This document shows, piece by piece, positions 41,038 to 53,760 of a DNA stretch of 64,000 bases. The translations under genes were made by a program, and so were the position numbers. The DNA is from Piromyces finnis finn (taxonomy: Eukaryota; Fungi; Neocallimastigomycota): assembly GCA_002104945.1 (NCBI GenBank), contig MCFH01000057.1:186001-250000 (forward strand), in the 5' to 3' direction. The notes under the pieces were generated by a model that searched no databases, was not told the DNA's origin, and saw only the letters and a list, made by a program, of their open reading frames with translations. Numbering within the stretch: position 1 is the stretch's first letter; each line of letters opens with the position of its first letter.

Positions 41038-42521
41038 TTAATTATTGGTATAACAAAAAATAAGAGAATCCAAGAGTTCTCTTTTATAATCTTGTCCAAT
41101 TTCCCACATCATAACACCCGCTAAATTTTTCATTTTAACATAAGCAATACGTTCACACATAGAATCTTTATCATTATACGATATATATTGCATAGTATAA
41201 GGATTGAATAAAGATGGTGATTTAGCATCAGAATGCCATGTACGGAACCATGGTTTTGAAGTCATTTTTTTAGAAACAAGAATATTCTGTTCACGTAAAG
41301 CCATATATGTCCATATACCTTCCGTATTACCTGGTTGACCTTCTGTATTTGTAGTTCCTTTCTGATTAAATCCATTATTAGCAGAGGATTGAACTTTCCA
41401 TGCTTGTCCACTAAAAGCAACTCCAAGAACAAGTTTATTAGATGGAATACCTTCATTCAGATAACTATTAATAGAAATATCACAGGATTTTTGATGATTT
41501 AAATCATTTGTTGGACTATAAAGTGGCGAACCATGACCACTATATTTATTCCAACTTCCGGCAAAGTCATAAGTCATCTTTTTTAATTTATTAATTTAAA
41601 ATAATAAAAATATATGAATATGAAGAAGAAAAAAAAATTTTTTTTTTATATTTATACTTTATATTATACTATATAAAACTTGACTTTTTAAAACTTACAA
41701 TATTAAACCAGTTAATATAATTCATATATGTTTTTGCATAACCATTATATTTATTGGAATTATATGCTGCTGAAATAGTTAGAATCTTATTATTACCAAT
41801 ATTTGATCTAATTTCCTTTAATAATGTACCATAATTTTTACTTTGAGTACTATCCGTAGGAACTATTCAATTTATATTATAATATTTTATATCAATTGTA
41901 TAAAAGATTAACTTAAATTGTTCTTTTTTTATATATATATAATTTTTAATAAAAAATCATTCTTTATTCTATCATTATTATAATTCTTTAGAATAAATTA
42001 TAATAAACTTACATTCCCAATCAATATCTACACCATCAAAACCATGAGTAGTCATAGTATCTGCAATTTTTTTTGCAATATTACTAATTTTATCTTTACT
42101 ATTTAAAATTGTACCAAAATTTTTTGAACCAGAGGCACCACCAAAACTAAGTACAGTACGAAGATGTGGATACTTTTTTTTAACATCATTATTTAAATAA
42201 TAAATGGTTTTCTTTTTTATATCCACTGAAGTATTGGAGGAATATGGCTCTCCGTTATCGTCAATACGGAAGAAACAATAAATAATCACATTAATATTTG
42301 TGAAATCAAATTTTTGAATATCAATAACATCTTTAGCTCTGTAGTTTGGCAAATAAACAATAATACCGGCAGATTCGGCATTTGTATCTCTTCGAATTTT
42401 TGTTAAATTACTTTTTAGTTGAATGTTTTTTTTTTTTTTTTTGTCATCATTTCGGATGAAAATTCGTTACAATAGACAGAATTGTGTTGATTGCCACCAT
42501 CTTCTGAATAACATTCATTCG
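41038..42521 (-). CDS. GH18 chitinase, at least 3 exons; 5' end unresolved; apparent frameshift in a 17-nt homopolymer near the N-terminus
   Basis: IIVYLPNY, VLSFGGA, intact FDGVDIDWE|FP (DxxDxDxE), WFNI|MTYDFAG, GVAFSG, ISYND, GVMMWEIGQD. An upstream exon begins at the acceptor at 42521; no convincing start exon found. Confidence 0.9.
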
Positions 42522-42682
42522 CTATTATAATTTATATAAAAAAAAAAAGAGAGAAAAAATAATTTTAATAAAATTTTTCAAAAAAAAAATAATAAGAAAT
42601 TATAATAAAATATTTCATTAATATCTATTGATTGATAAGCTATATTAATATACAATAGTAATAATAATATATATATGTATAA

Positions 42683-42733
<51 letters not shown>
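42683..42733. repeat. (TTA)n microsatellite
   Basis: Direct reading. Confidence 0.9.
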
Positions 42734-42736
<3 letters not shown>

Positions 42737-45348
42737 ATTCTTTTGTATAAAATATCTATCAACAAAAATGAATAAATATATTAATTGTTATATCATTAAA
42801 TTATAGCAATGTATATACTTCTTTGAACAAGGTGAGATGTTATATTTATTTGACTTTTTAATTTCTCGAGTTGGGGAATTGTCATAGTTAAAGCTTTGAC
42901 AAAAAAGATGGTACATAAAAATAATTTTATTCTCATTTTCAAATTTTAAAAAAAAAAAAAAGAAAGTTTATATATGTTTGATATTATTTGAAATTTCAAT
43001 TTTTTTTATTTTTCTTTAAAACATAAAATATAAAAAAAGATGGTTAAACAAAAAAAAAAAAAAAAAAAAAAAGAATGGTTTTTTTTTTATATTTTCAAAT
43101 TTATATATAAAAAAAAAATCATATTTGATTAACTATATATACAGAATTATTTTTAAAAAAAAACGGTTTTTAATCTATTATTATAATATATATTTTAAAA
43201 AAAATTATAATTTTAAAATATAATATTTTATAATATTTAATTTTAAAATAATAAAAACTAACTTTTTTTTTTTTCTTTTCTTTTCATCCTCCAATATTTT
43301 ATATTATATATATATATATTTTTTTTACCATGATTAATTATAAAAAAGATTTATTGATTAAAATTATAGTTTTTCTAATCGTTAAAGTTAATATTCTTTT
43401 TAAAATAAATAAATAAAAAAAATAGTAACAAAGATTTAAAACTAAAATTATTAATGAAATCAATGATTTTATTAATTGGGGTGTTTTTTATTTTGATATG
43501 AAAAAAGTATAAAGTTTGAAATATAATATATAAATTATGAAGAATGAAATACCAAAAAAGATGTAACAATCCATTTAAATAGTATATAAAAATGTAAAAG
43601 TATATTATTTACAATTCTTTTTTTGAAATATAGAAAATGGATTATATAGAATTATTACAAATTAGGGAAATATTTTATTAGTATATAAAGTGTAAATAGT
43701 TATTGTATCTCATATTATTATTAATTATTTAATATTATTATAAACATTTAATTATTCCTTCCTCTATATTTTTTTTCCTAAAATATGTATTGTTTTAATT
43801 TCACATATTTTAATAATAAAAAAAAGTAATTATTTAATGATAGTTAAAAAAAAAAGCTATAACTAATATAATATAAATAGTAATGAATAGTAAAAAAATC
43901 TCTTATTAAAGGATAAAAGTTTAAAAAAAAGAATAAAAAAAAAAATTGAAATTATTTTTTTTTAAAGATCATCACAAAAGGTTTACTTTTAACTAATATT
44001 GATTCTTATACTATAAATGCGGAATTATTTCCGAAAAAAGGCATGAATTCATTAACTTCTATTGAAAAAACCAAGGTTTCTTTATATATAAACGCTAGAC
44101 TATCAATTTTAAAAGTATTCGTCCAGTCCTAAGATTAGTTTTAATCGTTATATCATTATTCTTTGAAAAATTAATTTTTTATATAATTATTATATTCTCT
44201 CTATTTCCAACTTACCATTGATTTGTTTATATAATATTTGAATATTATTAAAAGTATTAGTTTATATATATATATATTTCTAGAGGATGGTATCCTAATA
44301 TTTAATACAATAAAAATAATTGAATAGTATTAGTTATCTATATGTATCCATGTAAAATTTATTATACTTTTTATTTTCTATTAATATCATAGAAATTCAG
44401 GACAATATTACTTTTTTGTAAAGTATAATAATAGTTAATCTTTAAAGTGAGAGGATTTGGCTTTTACTTCAAATAAAAGAGAAAACTCGAGCTATTCATG
44501 AAAATTTAGAAAGTTTGAAAATATATAAAAATCATTTATATTCTGTTATAATACTAACAAAGCTTTTTTTTTTTTTTTTAATTATACATGTGAATTATAA
44601 TACATTCTTTCTCTTAATTCCTTTATATACAATTCTTTCAATAATATCGCGCTTTAATAAACAATATTAAATCATACTCAAAAAAAGATAATAATATACA
44701 ATTAATTTTATATTAATAGAAAAAGTTTTTTTTTTTTTTTTTTTTTTTTTTTTCCTTTTCTAAATATCCTACCCAAAATCATTAAAGTACCCTTTTATTT
44801 TATTTTTATTTATTTATTTTTTATTTATTATTTATTTATTTATTATTGCTTTTTATATATGATAAACTATGTTTTATTTATTTAATAATTTTTTTGTTTT
44901 TTTTTTAATATTATAATGAAGATGCTAATGTACAAAGAGAAAAAAAAAAATATAGATTATTATTATTATTTTTTTTTAAATCATTAAAAATAGTAATGTT
45001 AGTTTTTTTTTTTTCTTTCTTTTTATTTTAATGATTTCATATTTCATATAAATTCATATAAATATAATATTAAACTTTTAGTATTCTTTATATTTAACTT
45101 TTTTTTTTTTTTTTTTTTGTTTTGGTTTTGATATATTATATTTATAAATGTAGTTTATAGATTAAATTTATAATAATGTTATTACAATTTTTTTTAAGGT
45201 AAAAAAAAAAAAAAAAAATTTATAAATGATATACAAAGGTATAAATAAATATTTTTTTTTTTTTTCATTTTCCTTTTTTTATGTGTATATATATTATATT
45301 TTTTTTTCCTTTCCTCTATATTTGATTTATAAATATGTTAATTTAATT

Positions 45349-47510
45349 TTAATCATCGCTATAAACATCTGGTAAAGACTTGATTTCTTCTATTTTGCTT
45401 TTATAACCTTCTCTCCTAAATTTTTTTTAATATGTTATTAAATAATATTAAAATAAAATTGGTTAATTATTATTCAATAATAATAATAATAATAAATAAA
45501 TAAATAAATTTTAAAGTTTTTATTTCTTATTCTTAATCACGAAATCTAAGCTTATTTTTGATATTATTTACCATCTTAACCATTTCATTCTTTGACCACT
45601 TTGACTTGTTTCATGAACCTTAAAACCAAATATCTTTGGAGTATAAATGTCATAGGTACGTTCTTCAATCTTATCTTGGTTTTCATCACTATCGTTTTCT
45701 TGAAGTTCATTCTTTTCTTCATTTTCTTGAAGTTCGTTTTGTTCTTCTAATTCATTATTTATTGGATTTGCTAGTGAATTTTTTGGAAGAAGTTCTGGGA
45801 AAGTTAAAAAGTATAAATGTGGGAATGTAGTTCCAAAGTAGGCACCATCAATATTCTTATATTTTTTCTATTTACATATTATATTGATAGAAAACATAAA
45901 TAATAATATTTTATTAATTTTATATTTTAATTGTTAATTTCATTATTTATAATATTGTTTTGATTTTTATGATTTTTGTTTTTAAAAAAAAAAAAAAATC
46001 TTTGGAGAAGAAGGATATTAAATTATATTGTTTATAATATCAATTAATTTTAATGTTTTTTTTTTTTTTTTTTTTTTTTTTAATAATAATAAAAATAACT
46101 AAATATTGGTCAGAATTTTATACATTTTTTTTATTTCATTATGATTACGAGTTTTTCCTTTTTAATTGATACTGATAAAATTTAAATTTTTGATGTTTAG
46201 GTATTTTTAATTCTTTTTATAATTTCTTTTTATTGTTGTTATTTATTATTTTATTTTAATTACTATTGCTTTATGCTATAATTATAGAGGGAATAAAAAA
46301 ATACTATCTTGGCTTTATTGTAACAATATTTAGAAAACGTATTATATGTATTATATATTGGATAAACAAGTTAAATTTTTATTATTCTGATGAAACAATC
46401 AAATTCTTTTTTAAAAAAAAGCATGATCATTTTTTATTTTTATTTTTTTTTAATAAAAACTTTTTCTTTTTTGATGAAGAGAATTGAATTATATTTATTA
46501 CTATTTTTGAAAGTTTTTTTCCCTCTCTCCTCCTCCTTCTTTTTTCTTTCGTTGATACTTTTATTATTGTATTTTAAAATAATAATAAAATATAAAAAAA
46601 ATAAATATTTTTTTTAATTTACCAATTTTGGAGTGTATAAATCACCACAACGAGGACAATAAAGTTTAACATTAACTTTTCCTGGTATATCAGTCATACC
46701 ACATGGTAAGACTGGGGAATAATAACAATAGACTCTTGGGCATACACCAAATCTAGCTTCTTTATGCTTTAATTTCATTAATGAAAGACCTAATTTGGTT
46801 AAAATAAAACGTTGATGAATAAGTCCATATAATAATTCTGCGGAACGTTCGATATTTGGTAATTCTGTAGATGGTGGTGGATTTTCATCATCTAAATCTA
46901 ATATCATATCTAATGCTTCTTCATACATTGGAACTATGGTTCTTAAACCATATAAATTAAATTCATCTTCAATAAATTCTTCAGGAACTTCAATGAAGAA
47001 TTCATGACCTTTTTATTTTATTATATATCATTATATTATATAGAGTGTATAAAACTGTTATTATTTTTGTTTGTCTATTAAAAAGTATATCCAATTTTCA
47101 AAATAAAATTTTTATTTTTTTTATTGTGATATTTACCTGGTAATGAACAATACCAAGTAATCCATGATATTACTGAAGTAGAAGTTGAAGAATCATAAGA
47201 ATCATTACTGTTATCTATTTATTAATATAATATTTATATTTATTTGGTTATTTTTATTATTAAATTTAAATATCTTTTAATTAGTTTACTGAAAATATTT
47301 ACATTCTTCTTCTTTTTCTTCCTGATAATCATTAAGATTTTGGAAGTTTGGATCGTCTTCTTGATATTGTACTTTAATATTGAAATTATAAAAATAAAAT
47401 ATATATATATAATATATATAATATACAATTCATAATAGTTAATATATACAAATTTTATAGTTTTATTAGAGTATTTTTGGGAATACTAATTGAAACTTAC
47501 TGTTTTCCAT
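45349..47510 (-). CDS. CKB1: Casein kinase II regulatory subunit beta, 5 exons
   Basis: Spliced MEN|NNS...SWITWYCSLP|GHEFFIEVPEEFIEDEFNLYGL...ALDMILD...AELLYGLIHQRFI...FGVCPRVYC...KLYCPRC...YTPKL|KKYKNIDGAYFGTTFPH...YTPKIFGFKV...MKWLR|W...DD*. Four zinc-finger cysteines intact. Confidence 0.95.
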
Positions 47511-49177
47511 TTATCTTAATTACTAATTATTAATTAGTAAAATAAAATGATTATTATGTAAATAAATTTTTATTTAAATTATTAGTATTATTTTTTTTAT
47601 TTTTTTATTTTTTGATACTTTTAGTATATACATATATACATATATTTATACATTATAAATTTCTTTTATATCTATTCTTTTTTTTTTTTTTTAATTATTA
47701 TTATAATTTGGTTTACCTTTTAATTGTAATTTAAATTATTTATATATATATATATATATAAAATGTATATAAATATATTTAAATAGTATTAAAAAAAAAA
47801 AAAAAAAAAAAAAGAATTTTAAATTTAAAGGTTTTATTATTATTTTTCTTTTAAATAAATTAAATTAATATTAATAAATTAATAAATAATTAAAAAATTA
47901 ATAATTAATTAATATATAAATAAATGAATGAATAAATAATAAAATAAATAAATAATAAAATAAATAAATAAATGAATAAATAAATAATAAAATAAATAAA
48001 ATTTAAAATTTTTAAATACTTTGAAGAAAAAAAAACTTGGGTAAAAACTTAAAATGTAAAGGGAGGAAAGAAAGAAACAATAATTATTAATAGTAATTAT
48101 GAAGTTTAAAAATATTATATTTGGTTATGAATACTTGTTAGATTCTTATAAATGTGATATTATTTTAAACGCCGATAAGGCTTTTAATATTGAACCAATT
48201 TTTTTTATAATGATAATTATAAATTGTTACTATTTCTAAACATTAATATTGTAATTACAATTCGAATAATATATATATTCTTTTTTACAAAATATTAAAA
48301 GAACCCAAATAAAAGTTTGTTGTTAAGTTAAAATAATATTATAATAATGACTTTTTATTTGTTATAATTATTTTTAAAATATCTATTCTAATAGCATTCC
48401 ATTAGATTAAAGGTTCAATTATTTTTTTCTATTATATTTTTAATGGTTTTTTTTAAAATAAAATAATAAATGTTTAATAAAAAAAAAAGAATAGTAACAA
48501 GGTCAAAAAACAAAAAACTTTTATAAAGTGGTCTCTTACCCATGATAGAAAATTAATTAATTAATCAATGTTACACAAAAATATATAATTAAATATAGAT
48601 ATTAATGAATAAATAAAATATAATTAAATAATTTATTATATAAAAGTAAATGAATAAGTAAACCTATAGATAAATAAAGGATAATTCATCCATAGGAAAC
48701 TTTTTAATAATATTCTTTTTATAAAATCAAAGAGTTAACCATAAAAGACAAAGAGGATTGAAATAAAATATACTAAAAAAAAAAAAAAAAAAAATAGTAG
48801 AATAAATACATTATACAATTTTATATCTATAATTTTTTAAATATATATATAGTAATGCTTTATAATAAAATTATTATATTATTATTTAAACTTTAAAATT
48901 TCTATGTTTATTACAGTTAAATAGGAAATTAATTCGTTATACAAAGTCATTTCAATTGTAAATTATAAATATTTTAATGCAAATTTTATTATTATAATTA
49001 TTGAAAAAATAAACTTTTTGGATCCATTTAATTTTTTTAAATTATCATTATCCTTTTTTTATTTTATAATTAATTTGGTAAATGAAATAAAATATTGAAA
49101 TCTTTATTTGTAATACCTATATAATGATGTAGAAAAAAAAAAAATTTCAATTTAAAAAATTTTAAAATTATTAAAGT

Positions 49178-50534
49178 ATGAAAAGAATACATTTTATTTT
49201 TGCAGTAGGTTTAACTTTATCAACTGGCACTTACGCATTACGCGATATTAGTTCTACTGAATTGGTAAAAGATATTAAATTAGGTTGGAATTTAGGTAAT
49301 ACTTTAGATGCAGAATGTACAAATTGGTTGGATTATAAATATGATCAAGTTGCTTCAGAAACTTGTTGGGGCAATGTAAAAACAACTGAAAATTTATTTA
49401 TATCTCTAATTAATAAAGGATTTAATCTTTTTCGTATACCGGTAACATGGAAAGGTCATTATGGAGCAGCACCGGGATATAAAATTGATAAAGATTGGTT
49501 AAAAAGAGTTCACGAAATTGTTGATTACCCATACCAAAATGGGGCATATGTTATTATTAATACTTATTTTGAAGATTGGATAAATACATATCCAACTAAA
49601 TTAAAGAAATCAAAAGAAATTTCAAAAAAGTTGTGGGAACAAATTGCTGAAGAATTTAAAGAGTATGATGAACATTTAATATTTGAATCCATGAATAGTC
49701 CAAGAAAGATTAATAGTCATGAAGAATATGGAATTGGTGATGATGAATCTTGGAAATTTATTAATGAAATTAATAAAATATTTATTAACACGATTCGTAA
49801 TGGTAGAGGAAATAATCCAAAAAGACATTTATTAATACAACCTTATGCAGGCATTCTTCATGAAGAAACTATTGATAAACTTAATATTCCAGATAATGAT
49901 AAGAAAATCATGGTTTCACTTCATGCTTTCATTCCAAACGACTTTACCAGTGGAAGTAAAAAATCGTTTACTGGAACATCCGATATTGATTGGACCATGA
50001 AGGTTATCGATAATAAACTACTATCTAAGTCTGTTGCAACAATAATTTCAGAATTTGGTGCCACTCATCATAATGATGAAGATGAACGTCTTAAATGGGC
50101 TGATTATTTTATATCCAAGGCAACTGAAAAAGGTATACCATGTTCATTATGGGATAATGGCAAATTTGAAAGGGGTAATGATAGCTTTGGAATTATTGAT
50201 AGATCATCCTTTGAAATTAAATACCCTGACTATGTAGATGTTCTATTAGAAGGAAGTTACAATTCTAAAGTAGAAGAGAATAATTTTTTTTTTTTAAACA
50301 TGTATTTAATTTTAATTATAAATCATTAATTAGATTTCTCCATATTAATAATAATAAAAATGTAAAATATATTAGGATTCTACAAATGAAAAAGTTAATG
50401 ATAATGTGAAAAAAGATGAAAATAATAATAATAATGACTTTATTAATGGATCAATATTAAAAGCAAGTATATGGTCATTATGTTGGATGACAAGTCTATT
50501 TTTCTTTTTTATACTCATAAAAATTAGTATTTAA
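49178..50534 (+). CDS. GH5 subfamily 4 cellulase-fold protein lacking the catalytic acid/base Glu, predicted GPI anchor, 2 exons (49178-50269, 50376-50534)
   Basis: Signal peptide; GWNLGNTLDA, FRIPVTW, FESMNSPR (normally NEP), SEFG, WDNG. Exon 2 reads DSTNEK...FINGSILKASIWSLCWMTSLFFFFILIKISI*. No dockerin or CBM visible. Confidence 0.9.
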
Positions 50535-50863
50535 CAAGTTATGCTGTGAAAGATTTATAAATTCATTTCTTTAAAATTTATTATTTCAGTTTCAATATTA
50601 AAACAATGTTTATTATCAATTTTATAGAATAAAAAAATAAGATATTTTAACTTTTCAAAAATATCCAAATTATTTTTTTTTCAAAATATAAAACGTTTTT
50701 TTAAAAAAAACACTATAATTTAAAAGTATCAGGTAAAAATGTATAGATTGATTTTCTTATTTTATTTTTTTTTTAAAATAAAAAAGTTTTATAACATTAA
50801 TTTATGTATGACCATGAATATATGAATATATTGTTTTTTTTTTTTGTTTTTTACATCTATATT

Positions 50864-52294
50864 TTAAAAAATATTATAATAAGAATTTAAAATGATACAA
50901 ATTAAAATTAAAAATAGATTAATAAAACTAAAATAATAAGAATTATTAATTGAACTATTTTGATTTCCTATTACTTCCTTATCTGAGTTATTTTGTGTTT
51001 CTACAGTTTCTTTATTTGAATCAGTTTGATCTGTTTCACTTTTATTATTTTGATCTTCGATGTATTCTTTATTTTCAAGTATAATATTTATAATATCATT
51101 GATACATAAACTATTATTGTCATTATTTCCCCATTGATAAGATTTACAAATTTCATTGCAACAATCATTCTTTCTTAAAACATATAAATGTTTAATAGCA
51201 CGATTATAATTTTTTTCAGACCAATTAGAATTTAACGACTTTAAATCTATATTTTCCCAATTCTTATTTATTATATCATTAAAAATTTCTAAATTCTTAA
51301 AATCTTCACATCCCATACTATGAGCTAAAGATATTAATATTGATTGACGTTCTATTGAACATGTATTATATGCCTTTTTACATAAAGTACACTCTTGAAT
51401 ACAGTTAATAGCTTTATCGATATCCCTATATAACCAATTTATGGCATTATCTTGAGTACAGGTATCAATCAAGTCTTTACATTGTTCATTTAAATCATCA
51501 TTACTTGAAACCTTATTTTCACTACATAATTTTCCATAGCCAATTAATGGTAAGTTCTTATAATTAATATAGGGAGTGCAAGCATTAAGATTTTCTGTAT
51601 TTTCTTCATTTTTTATTAATAAAAATGATTTTTCATATTCAGTAATAGGAATATAATTTTTATAAAAATCCATAAATTTAGTAATACTTGTTTCACTAAA
51701 AATATTCTGTTGTTTTTTTTTCATAATTAACTATAGACATCATTCTTTTATTACAAGTATAGTCTTTGTAGTCTCTAGTAATCACAGCCTTAAGATTATC
51801 ATTTATATTTGTATTGTTTGTATTGTTAATCAAGTCTTCTAAATCCTCTACTTCATCTATATTAATACCTTTATTTATATAATTTATAATGTATTTTGAT
51901 AGAGGGCATATTTCTCCTATATTATTTTTAGTACAAAAAATAAATTATATGCTTTCAAATTCATAATATAATGTCCAACCTTTCTTTCATTTGCATCATC
52001 ACTTTTATAACATTCTGAGTCTATATTAAAAGATTCATCTACAAAAACTTTGCATTCATCATTATCTAAAATTTTACATACTTCTTCAATATTATTTTTT
52101 GTCATATATTCAAGACTTTCAAAATATTCTGTATTAAATAAATTTATATTTTTAATACAATTTTTAAATTTTATATATTCAGTTATACATTTATTCTTTT
52201 CAAGTGTTTCGAAATTCTTTAGTTCAATACCATTGACAACTCTACTTGTATAGTTAAATAATATAACGATGAATGTAATTAAAACCGATTTCAT
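50864..52294 (-). CDS. Secreted Cys-rich domain fused to a T4-type (GH24) lysozyme-like domain with a GPI-type tail; interrupted by two compensating homopolymer frameshifts (pseudogene or sequence error)
   Basis: ORFs 51917-52294 and 50864-51724 share a frame. The intervening DNA is open in a shifted frame (CTKNNIGEICPLSKY...TCNKRMMSIVNYE). Domain at about 51170-51620: LIKNEE...PYINYKNLPLIGYGKLC...LYRDIDKA...RQSILISLAHSMG...NW...SNW...NRAIKH. Confidence 0.7.
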
Positions 52295-53469
52295 CTTTCA
52301 CACTATGATTTACAGACAATTTTTAAGTAATAAAAAATATTATAACAATTTTAACAATAAAAAAAAAAAATAAAATAAATAATTAGATAAATCAAAATAT
52401 TATTAACAACAATTTACATAAATACTATAGTATAAGAACAAAATAGTAACTAAAATTGAAAATCACTTCTTTATATATACATGAAGATTTTCATTCTTCT
52501 TATATATCTATTAATACTAAGATAATTAAAATTATTATTGTTTATAACCATAATTCTTTCAAAAAATTAATATTATATGAAATACTATAAATTATTAATG
52601 ATTTAGTTTTAATATTTGTAGTATAACTTTGATACTAAATTAATTTAACTTTACTAAATGGTTTTAAACTTTATAATTTTTATCTTCATTTAATATATTA
52701 ATAAATAAATAATATATATAATAATTTTATCATTGTTAAAACTATTTTATTTTCTTTTTTATTTATACTAAACGTCATAAACCTTTTTTTTTTTTTGTGA
52801 AATTAATAGAAAAAAAAAGGACTGATATTGTTATAATAAATGAATGATAATAAAATTGATGATTATAATTAAAAATCAAATGAAAAATAATATTGTATAT
52901 ATATACATTTAAAGAAAAGAATAAATTATAAGTGTTTCCTTAGACATTGACATTGATGTATTATATTCAAAAGAATATTGTAACGCTTTTTATAAAATAA
53001 ATAAATAAAAGAAATTAAACTAATTTATTTTGTTTAATTCTTTTTTTTTTTTATATTTACTTTTTATTCTTAAAAATTTTTTATTTTTATATAATTCCAT
53101 AGTAATTCCTTAAACTTATTTATTTGTTTAAATAAATTATAAAAAATAAAATTATTTTAAATTTTGATGTTTAATTTAGGATTTCTTTCATTTTTTTAAT
53201 ACAGTTAATTATAAGTCAACTGAAAGAGGAAATATTAAAAGTAATAATGAAAAATGTAGAATAAAAATAATTAATACCATTAATCTATTATGATTCTTAC
53301 AGAATTTTTGGAACTACAAAAACTTTTATATTTCTTAATATAACTATCGTACTAAGTTAATCACCTAATTAATTTTCAGTAGATTCATGAATTGAATTCT
53401 ATATATAATTTATGTGTTTAAAAATCTTTAGTTCATATATTTCTTAGTCAAAATTACTTATTAATATTT

Positions 53470-53760
53470 TCCTGATTATCATGTACTATTGCTCGAACTA
53501 ATTCAAAATATTCTGTATTAAAAATTCAATTAAAACTGCATATAATATACTGTCAAATCTATATTAATAAGTGGATCAAGAAGGGAATTATTATAACCTC
53601 CATATTTCCTAGTATTTATATCATTATAAATATCATTTTTATTCAACTTCCTTCTAATAGTTTAGGTTTCTATAAAATTATTTCCACATAATTTTAAAGA
53701 ACTATTAATAAATATTTTGTAAATTCAAATATATCTTTATTTAATTCTATCTTTTCGAAA
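53470..53760 (-). pseudogene. Possible degraded coding remnant, family not identified
   Basis: Short protein-like fragments in shifting frames (FEKIELNKDIFEFTKY; IRRKLNKNDIYNDINTRKYGGYNNSLLDPLINIDL; NTEYFELVRAIVHDNQE) separated by stops. Confidence 0.25.

Noticed and set aside
44010-44530. Mildly GC-elevated intergenic patch with short open stretches
   Set aside because: No stable long stem, no recognisable protein motif, no evident terminal repeats.
48100-48220. Fragment KNIIFGYEYLLDSYKCDIILNADKAFNIEP
   Set aside because: Too short to assign; no flanking exons found.
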